Source of the DNA: a virus
Reading direction: 5' to 3' (one strand)
Virus record (IMG/VR): IMGVR_UViG_3300025104_000001
Span: 1-64,000 of that record
DNA length: 64,000 nucleotides
The notes beneath the pieces were generated by a model. The model saw nothing but the letters and a program-made list of their open reading frames with translations. It was not told where the DNA came from and ran no database searches. Every line of letters begins with the position of its first letter. The stretch's first letter is position 1. Shown here one piece after another: positions 26,555 through 34,368 of this stretch. The position numbers and the translations under genes are program-made.

Positions 26555-27481
26555 CTACTCCTCACAAGACCCATTCTTCAACCCAGTGGTTGACTCTTGT
26601 TCTCCATTATAAACGTGACCCGGGATTAGCTGACGATGTTGAATCCAACCACGGAAGTTACCTGACCACAGTTGCATGTCTGCGGTCATATGAGTGACTC
26701 CCAACTCCTTCCAATGCTCTGGTTCATATGGGGAACAAGTCTTATCCATAGGCTTAGCTTGATGTTCAAAAGGAGAAGCATGAACAGGTTTTGTCTCCAC
26801 TAGACGACGATAGATGTCTTGTGCTTTTTCAAGACTTTTGTCTAGCTTACGATACGAAACCTGAGCGCAACACGATGAGGAGATAGCCAACGCTTCTTCT
26901 AGGCTATGATCTTGTGAATCAGTCCAATGACCTTGCATGTAATACGGGACATGCCAATCATTGTATCCGAGTTCAAATGGGTCTGAATTAGCTACAGCTT
27001 CTAGCATGGCTTCTGCAAGAGCCTTGATTTCAGGTTGTGCGTCTTTGTGAGCACGGAGATAGAAGAAGTTACCAATTTCGGTTGTCGTCATCACAACCTT
27101 GATGATTTGGAACGGTTCTAGGATACGATTGATGATTTGCTTATGTGCGCCTTCTTCATTCATTAAAGCGGCAATTCTGCAGGCCTCACCCCTTGCTTCA
27201 TCCCAAAGGGACTTTACTCGAGCAAGATTGGGTTCTTGAAGTTCCTCATTGGCTTGCATGCCTGGTTGGTTCTTGCCCCAATGAACCGGCTTTGCTGGAT
27301 TTGTTTGCACCAGCTCAATCATAGACTTGACGGGAATGGCTCGGCTTGATGCTGCGTTTCGTGAGAACATTCGGTGGGTAAGGAGCTCCGCGTGAATGAA
27401 ACGGGGATACTCCAACTCAAAGGTTGTAAGCCGAACACCTGCGGGTGAAATTGAATCTGCGATGATGTTTGCTTTAATCAT
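26555..27481 (-). CDS. thyX: Flavin-dependent thymidylate synthase
   Basis: ELLTHR-x-FSRNAASSRAIP, R-x-H-x-x-AQPEI, HASPFEH; AAGGAG RBS before the ATG at 27481. Confidence 0.9.
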   Translation of the reverse strand: MIKANIIADSISPAGVRLTTFELEYPRFIHAELLTHRMFSRNAASSRAIPVKSMIELVQTNPAKPVHWGKNQPGMQANEELQEPNLARVKSLWDEARGEACRIAALMNEEGAHKQIINRILEPFQIIKVVMTTTEIGNFFYLRAHKDAQPEIKALAEAMLEAVANSDPFELGYNDWHVPYYMQGHWTDSQDHSLEEALAISSSCCAQVSYRKLDKSLEKAQDIYRRLVETKPVHASPFEHQAKPMDKTCSPYEPEHWKELGVTHMTADMQLWSGNFRGWIQHRQLIPGHVYNGEQESTTGLKNGSCEE

Positions 27482-27500
27482 AAAACTCCTTGGTAACAAA

Positions 27501-27650
27501 ATGAACTACCACGAAACTAAAGATTTCGTGGTTTCGGACTTCGTAGACTCTGTTTTACCAACAGACGCCTCCATCCGTTTTTGTTTAGAGTCCGACTTGG
27601 TTCCCAAACCAGACTTAATATACGACTAAAGATCGTGTATTTTTCTCGCT
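27501..27650 (-). mobile_element. Non-autonomous IS200/IS605-type remnant (tnpB 3' tail, omega-RNA region and right-end hairpin)
   Basis: Minus strand ends GAAACCACGAAATCTTTAGTTTCGTGGTAGTTCA and encodes TnpB-tail-like SGLGTKSDSKQKRMEAS...SLVSW*; a second hairpin AATACACGA-TCTTTAG-TCGTATATT lies at its 5' side. Confidence 0.7.
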
Positions 27651-27716
27651 AACTCTTATTATAAAAGGCTGTCAGACATCATATCAGACAACCTTCCTAA
27701 AATCAAGATTTTATTC

Positions 27717-29156
27717 TTATACCGTCAGCCCATCAATGTCATAACGAGGAGAGCTGATTGTCTTCAGCATCACGCTTTCTGGCGTGATTTCCTCTGCCTT
27801 AAGAACGCTTTGCATGATTGCAGGGCTGAACCCAGTAATCATAGTTGTTCCGTTCTCATCAGACTTAACTTGGATGTTTTGACTACGAGCGTTCACGTTC
27901 CAGAAGATGATGTTAGGACGAACATAACCCGCCCTTTCAAACTTCTCATTGATAGCTTGGTAGTTTGTTACCATCTTCTTCCTACCAGAGCAATCTTCCG
28001 AACTCGTAGCGGCGTTGAATTCCATATCTGAGATGATGATGATGTACTCAGGCATGTCGCTTTGAGGTACATTGTTCTCTACAGCAGAGTTCAACAGCAA
28101 ATCAAATGCTGCTTGAATATCAGTAGAACCTCCCCAAGGCAATTTACGAACATAATCCACTTTTTCCTTGATGGTCTTCTGATCGATGTTTGCCCACTTC
28201 GGAGCAGTCTCAAACGTCATCGCCAAGTTCTTGAAGTGACCTTCTTGACGTTCAGCCAAGTAGATACCCAAGGAGATTGCAACGTCCATGCATGACACTT
28301 TACCAAAACCACCTGCAGGACAGTTCATAGAACCAGAAACGTCAATCATAGGAAGCATCTTGGATGCACCATCCAGATAGTCTGGCAGTTCCTTCCATTG
28401 TGCGTCTGCAACTTCAGCATCGCCGAATTGTGCAGTTCGAATAACATCATAAGGGTACAACGCCGAGGCTTTGGCTTTCACCTTGCCGTTTGCAAGAGCT
28501 TCCTTGTATGCAGAGAACCTCTCTTTAGCGTTACGGGCAAAAGCGTTTGTATAGCGAGCCATTGCAACAGAAGGCACTTGGGAGAAATTGATTTCATCCC
28601 ATTGTTTAGCGCACATCTTAGTCTCAACAGTGTTGGAAGTTTCAACCAACAGCTTACGATATGCTTTAGGGCTCAACTTCATCAAACCACGGATGATGGC
28701 AGCTTCTTTACCTTTGCGAGGCAACCACTTTGCAATCAACCCTGCATTGACAGATTTGGTTTCCATAGCAACCTTAAGTTGTTCAGCCAAGTGGAAACGG
28801 ATTTGGGTTGGGATTGCATCATGACACAACAGAGGAACCAAATCGTCAAAACGACCTAGCTCGGGGATCTTACCGCTCAACATGATTGAAGCGACTGCGC
28901 GCTTATCGTTCTTAGCCAACCAATCCATGATTGTACGGAATACCAAACGTTCGCCTGGGCCGCCACGAGCGTCACGCGCCCATAGCAAGATACGTAGCGC
29001 AGTGACAGGGTCCTCGGCATATGCCAGAATGAACTTCTCTAGTGCGTCGTTAGGATTGTTTCGTGCAGAACCGATAACAGCGAACAAGTCAACGTTACGG
29101 TTTAGGGAAGTTGCCAGAGTCTTTGCTCCATTGGCAGTGAAAGCCACGTTTGACAT
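27717..29156 (-). CDS. DUF2828 / TROVE(Ro60)-like protein with vWA domain
   Basis: T-x-NGA, RD-x-RGG-x-GER, AKWLPR, VPS-x-AM, DVSGSM MIDAS, ISDMEF, FWNV, GFSP. Confidence 0.85.
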   Translation of the reverse strand: MSNVAFTANGAKTLATSLNRNVDLFAVIGSARNNPNDALEKFILAYAEDPVTALRILLWARDARGGPGERLVFRTIMDWLAKNDKRAVASIMLSGKIPELGRFDDLVPLLCHDAIPTQIRFHLAEQLKVAMETKSVNAGLIAKWLPRKGKEAAIIRGLMKLSPKAYRKLLVETSNTVETKMCAKQWDEINFSQVPSVAMARYTNAFARNAKERFSAYKEALANGKVKAKASALYPYDVIRTAQFGDAEVADAQWKELPDYLDGASKMLPMIDVSGSMNCPAGGFGKVSCMDVAISLGIYLAERQEGHFKNLAMTFETAPKWANIDQKTIKEKVDYVRKLPWGGSTDIQAAFDLLLNSAVENNVPQSDMPEYIIIISDMEFNAATSSEDCSGRKKMVTNYQAINEKFERAGYVRPNIIFWNVNARSQNIQVKSDENGTTMITGFSPAIMQSVLKAEEITPESVMLKTISSPRYDIDGLTV

Positions 29157-29167
29157 AATAATCTCCG

Positions 29168-29212
29168 CAGGTTGTTTATGATTTCAAGAGATGAATTGCT
29201 GAAAGCAACCTT
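29168..29212 (-). ncRNA. Putative structured ncRNA motif copy 1 (AAGGnnnnTTWCAGCA...nnnnCCTG)
   Basis: AGGTTG/CAACCT closing stem plus TTTCAGCAA; immediately upstream of the DUF2828 gene. Confidence 0.55.
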
Positions 29213-29217
29213 TTATA

Positions 29218-29338
29218 CAGGAACGCTGTGCACTAAGCACTCATGAGGGCTCACGCTCTAACCCAAAAGCATACAAAGGCATGCTAGATCTAAGTTTTAA
29301 TATGTCGGGTTCTTGATCTGCTTGCTGAAACGTTCCTT
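29218..29338 (-). ncRNA. Putative structured ncRNA motif copy 2
   Basis: AGGAACG/CGTTCCT closing stem plus TTTCAGCAA; internal hairpins. Confidence 0.55.
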
Positions 29339-29341
29339 ATT

Positions 29342-29380
29342 GCGTGAAAAATACACGATCTTTAACCGGGTATTAGTTCA
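29342..29380 (+). mobile_element. Isolated degenerate IS200/IS605-type end hairpin
   Basis: GCGTGAAAAATACACGATCTTTA matches the reverse complement of ~27627-27649 with one mismatch; ends in TAGTTCA. Confidence 0.5.
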
Positions 29381-29387
29381 TTATATA

Positions 29388-29816
29388 TCAATCTTGTGCC
29401 TTATAAAAAGAATTTTTTTGTTGATTAACACCTGCTTCAAAAGCAGCTTCCAGCCACTTTACCATCATTCTAGTGGCAGCTTGAAAGTCCTTTGCTCCGT
29501 CAAACATGTAGATCAGAATGTCATCATAGAAACGCTCTGACCTAAATCCGAATCCTTCAATTTCGTGAAACCACCTGAAGAAATCAGTCCCAGAGGCTTC
29601 GGTAATATTTTCCGAACAGGGTCGTTCCACGTCGAATGCGTTCTTCATGCTTACGAATTCCTTCATAGTCGCACTTGTATGTATGGTTAGGGCCGCGTTC
29701 CATTTTGAACAGCTTGGGCTTGCCGTTCTCGTTCCATTCACAGGGCTCCCACTTAATGTCAAACTCACCAGAGCGATAATGTTCTTCCCAGTCGTTGTCT
29801 GGGTGAAGTTGCTCAA
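29388..29816 (-). CDS. Hypothetical protein; true start uncertain, probably only the C-terminal ~65 aa are real
   Basis: F-x-x-WF-x-EIEGFG-x-RSER...WLEAAF looks protein-like; the 5' part overlaps the 29584 gene. Confidence 0.4.
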   Translation of the reverse strand: MSNFTQTTTGKNIIALVSLTLSGSPVNGTRTASPSCSKWNAALTIHTSATMKEFVSMKNAFDVERPCSENITEASGTDFFRWFHEIEGFGFRSERFYDDILIYMFDGAKDFQAATRMMVKWLEAAFEAGVNQQKNSFYKAQD

Positions 29817-30273
29817 ACGCCCAAATCATTTCATCAAGAACCCAATCCCAGCGCTTATGGTGATTGGCGTCAATGTCATATTCATTCTCTTTGGCAGGCG
29901 CTGAAGTTGAACGGAGTTCTTCCGGAACATCCTCATCATCAACGTGAGGTGAACCATGTTTGGTAGCCTTCAGTTGTTTCAGCATAGGTAGAATGATGAG
30001 GGCTAGATTGGCATCCATATTCCATGTGTCATACTTGTCAATACGAACCTTGACCTTACGTTTTCTCTTGGAGTTAATCCACTGGCAGAGTTTCATAAGC
30101 CAAGAATCGTTTCCGTCCTTATCTTCTGCAAGCCAAGTGCCAAAATCATGCACCCAGTCTGGATGACGCATGATTCCATATTCATCAGGAACCTTCTTAA
30201 CCCAAAAGCAAAGCTTCTCAGCAATTTGATAAGGTCCAACCCAATTTACATAAGGGCCAATTTCTACTTTCAT
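29584..30273 (-). CDS. Conserved phage hypothetical protein
   Basis: KVRIDKYDTW-x-MD...LKQLK-x-TKHG-x-P, WDWVLDEMIWAF, LFGKYY-x-x-LWD. Confidence 0.85.
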   Translation of the reverse strand: MKVEIGPYVNWVGPYQIAEKLCFWVKKVPDEYGIMRHPDWVHDFGTWLAEDKDGNDSWLMKLCQWINSKRKRKVKVRIDKYDTWNMDANLALIILPMLKQLKATKHGSPHVDDEDVPEELRSTSAPAKENEYDIDANHHKRWDWVLDEMIWAFEQLHPDNDWEEHYRSGEFDIKWEPCEWNENGKPKLFKMERGPNHTYKCDYEGIRKHEERIRRGTTLFGKYYRSLWD

Positions 30274-30416
30274 TTTGATGCCACCATATAAAGTCCGATG
30301 TTAGCGAAAGCATAACCCGCATATGCGAGCAACATGCCGGTATTGCCTTTCATGCCTTGCTCTAGAGCAACGTAGGCATAAATGATGCCCGTTAGAATAA
30401 TAAGCCATCCACTCAT
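30270..30416 (-). CDS. Small membrane protein (48 aa, not in ORF track)
   Basis: MSGWLIILTGIIYAYVALEQGMKGNTGMLLAYAGYAFANIGLYMVASK; ATGA overlap with the downstream gene. Confidence 0.7.
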   Translation of the reverse strand: MSGWLIILTGIIYAYVALEQGMKGNTGMLLAYAGYAFANIGLYMVASK

Positions 30417-30564
30417 CGCTGTTTCCTTTCACAATTGCATTCGCTACGACCTTGGTTGCAATCGCCACTACAACCGTCAGTTTTTTCAGATATATGGTAC
30501 ATAGTGACAATAAACAAAACGAAACATATAACGCTAGCAACAATTTCAAACATGATATTCTTAC

Positions 30565-30780
30565 TTAGAATAGTGCCTTAGCGGCACCAAGCATATAAAT
30601 CGCAAGCAAACCCGTATTGACAACAATCAAGGAATTTTCTTTGATCCTGACTGCAAAAATCAACCACAGGACGCTACCCGCATTGAAAGCCCAAACATTC
30701 AAAGGATAGGTGTTCAAGGATGTCAAAAGAGCACCCGCAATCGTCAAGACTGTAGCGCTCCACTTCAAAAACGAATTCAA
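30565..30780 (-). CDS. Small membrane protein
   Basis: Hydrophobic, KW-x-AT...YPLN...W pattern. Confidence 0.75.
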   Translation of the reverse strand: MNSFLKWSATVLTIAGALLTSLNTYPLNVWAFNAGSVLWLIFAVRIKENSLIVVNTGLLAIYMLGAAKALF

Positions 30781-30977
30781 GTGATTTCCTTACAATCAGA
30801 AACTTTGAGAACACCTTCAGTCACAATGACTCCGCCTTCAAGTCGTTGATACAACTCGGCAGTCTCTTTGATGTAGAAATGCATGATCTTACCCTTTTCG
30901 GTAATCAGAGTGAAGGGCATAGGATCTTTCTGAACTTGTTCCATGAATAGATTTTCGTTGTTGTTCATCGTCTTCAT
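30777..30977 (-). CDS. Hypothetical protein
   Basis: GGAGG RBS and ATG at 30977 directly after a promoter. Confidence 0.65.
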   Translation of the reverse strand: MKTMNNNENLFMEQVQKDPMPFTLITEKGKIMHFYIKETAELYQRLEGGVIVTEGVLKVSDCKEIT

Positions 30978-30984
30978 GCCTCCA

Positions 30985-31012
30985 TTATAACATGGTTTCA
31001 GACGATGTCTAG
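30985..31012 (-). promoter_or_regulatory. Early-type promoter TAGACA-N16-TATAAT
   Basis: Matches the motif seen repeatedly in this window. Confidence 0.75.
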
Positions 31013-31018
31013 GACTTT

Positions 31019-31661
31019 TTATCCGAGAGCATTGCCATAGATGAGGTGAAGACCGCGGAGCACTTTGTCCAAGTTGTTCCAGCCTCGGAAAACCGACCAC
31101 AACTCAATGTGGTCAACCGCTACGTGGGTGGCCCCACGATCGTAAATCAAAGACTCCGGGCTCCCAACATCCGCTGGTAACTTCGTTCGTACCCAAGGGC
31201 CATAGTCATCTGAGCGACGCTTATACTGGGCAACGAGCCGCCCTTTTCGGGCGGCGTGAGCGGCATCTTGAATAGCCTGCAGCGCCGTATGGATTTCGGC
31301 GGGAGCAGGAGTGATGTGAGGCATGTCATATGATGTCCGGATGCGTTGCACGGTGTCAAAATTGGACCAGCCAGACCTAGCCTGCCACCCCAAGTACATA
31401 ATAGCACAGCGCTTCAATGTTTCGTTTTCGCGTGCAAGTGCATCCCGCTCTTCAAGCAGCTCGCGGATCGTGTCGGGGTTGCAAGCGGCGATCAGATGGG
31501 CGTCTGCCTTAACGTCTTGGGCGGTTCGGCAATGGCGGACTTCGGCCAGAAACCCGTTCGCTCTTTACAAACGTCCCGCTATTGGTAGGGCAAACCCGCC
31601 ACGGGCCCGGCGTCGGCCCCTTCGCTAGTGCCTTGCGGATTTCCTCGTAACGGTCAGCCAT
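31019..31661 (-). pseudogene. Ead/Ea22-like temperate-phage protein, frameshifted near 31550
   Basis: MADRYEEIRKALAKGPTPGPW... continues in another frame as ADAHLIAACNPDTIRELLEERDAL; GC-rich. Confidence 0.65.
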
Positions 31662-31893
31662 TGCGGTTCTCCTTGAACAGTACAGCTTTGGCCTCCTTCA
31701 GCACTTGCATCGGCGTCTCGGGGTCAAACCCCAGGCGGCGATACGTGTCCGCTGATGGAAACCACGAAACCATCGCAGCCAAGGCCTTTCGCAGCCGCTC
31801 ATTCTCGGCTTCCAGCGCGTCACGCTCTGCCATCAGAATCTTGGCATCAACGTCCTTCATGCACATCTCGATAAAATCACCGGTGTTCATCAT
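31654..31893 (-). CDS. Hypothetical coiled-coil phage protein
   Basis: ERDALEAENERLRKAL; AAGGA RBS; promoter upstream at about 31921-31948. Confidence 0.7.
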   Translation of the reverse strand: MMNTGDFIEMCMKDVDAKILMAERDALEAENERLRKALAAMVSWFPSADTYRRLGFDPETPMQVLKEAKAVLFKENRNG

Positions 31894-31967
31894 GTTTCCT
31901 TTCGTTTACCGTATGACTACATTGTACAGCAAACAAAAGGGCCGTCTAGCCTCTTTGTCAAAAAATT

Positions 31968-32441
31968 TCACGACCATTGAACCCCGCCGCTAACGACAAA
32001 GTTCTCAACTTTCAGCTTCACAAAGGTCATACCCTCGTCATCATGAGCCTGACGCTCGATCTCGGCGTTCACTTCAGCTTCGGTTTCATATACCTCGGGA
32101 AAAATATCTAGTCTGATGTAGCCATCTTGGATAAATCCAATCACCCAACCCTTCTTTTGCCCTCGTGCTTGAGCCTTAGCAGTCTCAATAAGCTTAGAAG
32201 CTTCGATTGCTTTTTTTGCCAAATCTTCATGCTTCACATAATCAGACTTGACCCAATTGGTTTTATACTCACGCTTGAGTTGCAGGTTGTAACGGCGAGT
32301 ACCATTCCGAACGCTACCAGACAGGATAGCGAAGGAACCGTCCTTCTTATTGCTCAGCAGTTGACTTGTTTCAGTGTTGAAAAAGTAACCATCAGAGATT
32401 TGACGGAAACCTTCCAAAGAGTTAACAGGGATAAGAGCCAT
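31968..32441 (-). CDS. Hypothetical protein
   Basis: 157-aa ORF with AAGGA RBS and an upstream promoter-like motif. Confidence 0.75.
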   Translation of the reverse strand: MALIPVNSLEGFRQISDGYFFNTETSQLLSNKKDGSFAILSGSVRNGTRRYNLQLKREYKTNWVKSDYVKHEDLAKKAIEASKLIETAKAQARGQKKGWVIGFIQDGYIRLDIFPEVYETEAEVNAEIERQAHDDEGMTFVKLKVENFVVSGGVQWS

Positions 32442-32534
32442 TTCACATTCCTTTCAGAGTTCAGAGCAATAACAACCAACGAAAATTTATTTTATAGGAA
32501 GGTCCTTGGGAAGTCTAGAGGTTGTTGCTGGTTT

Positions 32535-32597
32535 CTTGTATAACTTGTATAACTTGAATAACTTGAATAACTTGTATAACTTGAATAACTTGTACTA
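32535..32597. repeat. Tandem 9-bp repeat CTTG(T/A)ATAA, six copies plus a partial copy
   Basis: Read directly from the sequence. Confidence 0.95.
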
Positions 32598-32599
32598 TT

Positions 32600-33096
32600 C
32601 ACACATTGATTACTAGTTCTTTTTCAAGTTTCATCTCATGGGGAAAACTGCTCCAAGTGCAGGAGCACTATATAATTTAACATTCACCGATTTACCGTAC
32701 TCTACCCAATCCACTGATAGATGGGTAATTCCTTCTTTTACCATGTTGAACCTAAAGTATAACCTTTATATTTTATCCACCTAGATGGGGTAACCCCATC
32801 TAGTCCTCGTTCTTTTGCTAATTTACTCTGTCGTATTTTAAATTCTTCTGTGTAGGGATGCCCTTTTATTGATTTACCCTTATTTGGGTTAATTGGAATA
32901 TCAATACCTAATTCTCTTGCTTTAATGTATTGATTACTTTTTTAGCACCGGGTGGGTGCTTGTTTACACTGTTATGGAAAGATTCCTTTTCAAAATTTGA
33001 AATTCTTCTATTCGGATTTTGTTTACAATATCTCTCATGATTTATTTTTGAATTATTATTCTTACATTCTTTGTTGCAAAAATTACATATTAGCAT
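32600..33096 (-). pseudogene. Degenerate homing-endonuclease-like gene (N-terminal zinc finger)
   Basis: MLICNFCNKECKN...HERYC-x-x-NPN; very AT-rich; broken frame; adjacent to the tRNA cluster. Confidence 0.55.
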
Positions 33097-33121
33097 TTTA
33101 TTATTCTTATAATTACATTTT

Positions 33122-33158
33122 GTAAATTCGTTGCCGTAGACCACTTGGCTAATCCAGC
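33122..33158 (-). pseudogene. tRNA 5' half (no T-arm or 3' acceptor strand)
   Basis: GCTGGATTAGCCAAGTGGTCTACGGCAACG acceptor strand plus D-arm. Confidence 0.6.
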
Positions 33159-33170
33159 ACAATATGCCAT

Positions 33171-33202
33171 AGGCGGCTGCTCTACCAACTGAGTTAAAAG
33201 AA
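33171..33202 (-). pseudogene. tRNA 5' half
   Basis: TTCTTTTAACTCAGTTGGTAGAGCAGCCGCCT D-arm, truncated at the anticodon arm. Confidence 0.6.
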
Positions 33203-33209
33203 TGAATTT

Positions 33210-33284
33210 TGGTGGAGCTGCGGGGAATCGAACCCCGAACTGCGCCTTGCAAGGGCGCTGTGTTCCCAATTATACCACAACCCC
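33210..33284 (-). tRNA. tRNA-Ala(TGC)
   Basis: Full cloverleaf, G3:U70, GCGCC-CTTGCAA-GGCGC, TTCGATT, ACCA. Confidence 0.92.
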
Positions 33285-33320
33285 AAAAATCTACATTGTT
33301 TTGTATATATTCAAAACGTT

Positions 33321-33396
33321 TGGGATGACCCACGGGATTTGAACCCATACTGCCAAGGTCACAACATAGAGTTCTAATCATTACACTAAAGTCACC
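33321..33396 (-). tRNA. tRNA-His(GTG), partly degenerate
   Basis: G-1 and CCCA end, GTG anticodon, TTCAAAT; mismatched anticodon stem, D-loop GA instead of GG. Confidence 0.7.
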
Positions 33397-33407
33397 ACTA
33401 AGCGTTT

Positions 33408-33484
33408 TGGAACGGTTAGTCAGATTCGAACTGACACTTCGGATTTGGAAGACCCGCGTGCTAGCCGTTAAACACTATAACCGC
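33408..33484 (-). tRNA. tRNA-Gly(TCC)
   Basis: GCGGTTA/TAACCGT acceptor, CGGGT-CTTCCAA-ATCCG, U73, CCA. Confidence 0.92.
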
Positions 33485-33495
33485 ATTGAATATAA

Positions 33496-33579
33496 CAGGA
33501 TGGCTCCTACTTTTTGATTAAAGAGAGAAATCGAAACTCTCAACCAGTATATCTTAAAATAACTGCTGTAACCATCCTT
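33496..33579 (-). ncRNA. Putative structured ncRNA motif copy 3 with a T-arm-like hairpin
   Basis: AGGATGG/CCATCCT stem plus TTACAGCAG; internal GAGAG-TTTCGATTT-CTCTC. Confidence 0.55.
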
Positions 33580-33588
33580 AAATTTTTG

Positions 33589-33659
33589 TCTCCGAAGAAG
33601 GAATCGAACCTTCGCCTCATGGCCCCAAACCACGCACGCTACCATTACACCACTCGGAG
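33589..33659 (-). tRNA. tRNA-Pro(TGG)
   Basis: CTCCGAG/TTCGGAG acceptor, CGTGG-TTTGGGG-CCATG, TTCGATT; CAA instead of CCA. Confidence 0.85.
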
Positions 33660-33750
33660 TGATTTCCATTTTTCTACGGTGACCGCTACCAACTCGCTAC
33701 TGAGTTGTATCACAGTTAGTTGGATCACTGCATATGATACTTTTAATCAG

Positions 33751-33843
33751 TGGTGCGGTAGGTTGGATTCGAACCAACAGTGTTTACCACGAGGGACCGG
33801 ATTTACAGTCCGGGGATGCACACGCCATAGCATCAACTACCGC
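33751..33843 (-). tRNA. tRNA-Tyr(GTA)
   Basis: CCGGA-CTGTAAA-TCCGG, long variable arm, TTCGAAT, ACCA; atypical 5-bp D-stem. Confidence 0.85.
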
Positions 33844-33854
33844 ATCTTTGTCGT

Positions 33855-33922
33855 CACCATTTCAAAACACAATATCGGTCCGGGATTCTAACCCATTTCT
33901 AATTTTGTGTTTTGAAATGGTG
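33855..33922. repeat. Perfect 18-bp inverted repeat enclosing a T-arm-like remnant
   Basis: CACCATTTCAAAACACAA (33855-33872) / TTGTGTTTTGAAATGGTG (33905-33922). Confidence 0.9.
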
Positions 33923-34002
33923 CCCCTAGCAGGGTTCGAACCTGCACTCCTTTCGGAAGCGGATTTTGAGTCCGCCGAGTCTACCAGTTCCTCCATAGGG
34001 GC
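33918..34002 (-). tRNA. tRNA-Leu(CAA)
   Basis: GCCCCTA/TAGGGGC, GCGGA-CTCAAAA-TCCGC, variable stem TCCGAAAGGA, ACCA. Confidence 0.95.
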
Positions 34003-34080
34003 AACAAAACAACCTCTAGACTTTTAAAGAACGTTTCGTCTCGGACGTTTGTTAACGTCCTCAACATGTATCCCATTATA

Positions 34081-34368
34081 TCAGAATTCTTCGCTGACAA
34101 CAACTTCTTGCTGATTCTTGAAAAATTCTTTTTCCCCAATCACGTGTCGCTTTTCCTGAATCGTAAGTTTGCCGAAGAACTTACGCGGGTTGCCACACAA
34201 GACACAATTGCTATTCCCACAGGTTACAGTATTTAGCTTATGAAGTCTATGCCCGACACGCTTACCTTTCAACCCCAGCCACTTGGCGATCTTCATCTGT
34301 CTTGCGATATGGCGTTCATCGTTTGCAAGACGCTTGCTGTGTTTCAACCTTTGTTCTACATCGCTCAT
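34081..34368 (-). CDS. Conserved basic phage hypothetical protein
   Basis: CG-x-x-x-C-x-x-CGNPR...TIQE motif; AAGGAG RBS. Confidence 0.8.
   Translation of the reverse strand: MSDVEQRLKHSKRLANDERHIARQMKIAKWLGLKGKRVGHRLHKLNTVTCGNSNCVLCGNPRKFFGKLTIQEKRHVIGEKEFFKNQQEVVVSEEF

Noticed and set aside
27396-27629. 77-aa plus-strand ORF
   Set aside because: Antisense to the thyX start and to the IS remnant
32535-32597. CRISPR array
   Set aside because: 9-bp contiguous units with no spacers; no cas genes
32908-34027. ORF-track proteins over the tRNA cluster (32908-33381 N-terminal part, 33475, 33514, 33734)
   Set aside because: They are translations of tRNA genes and spacers
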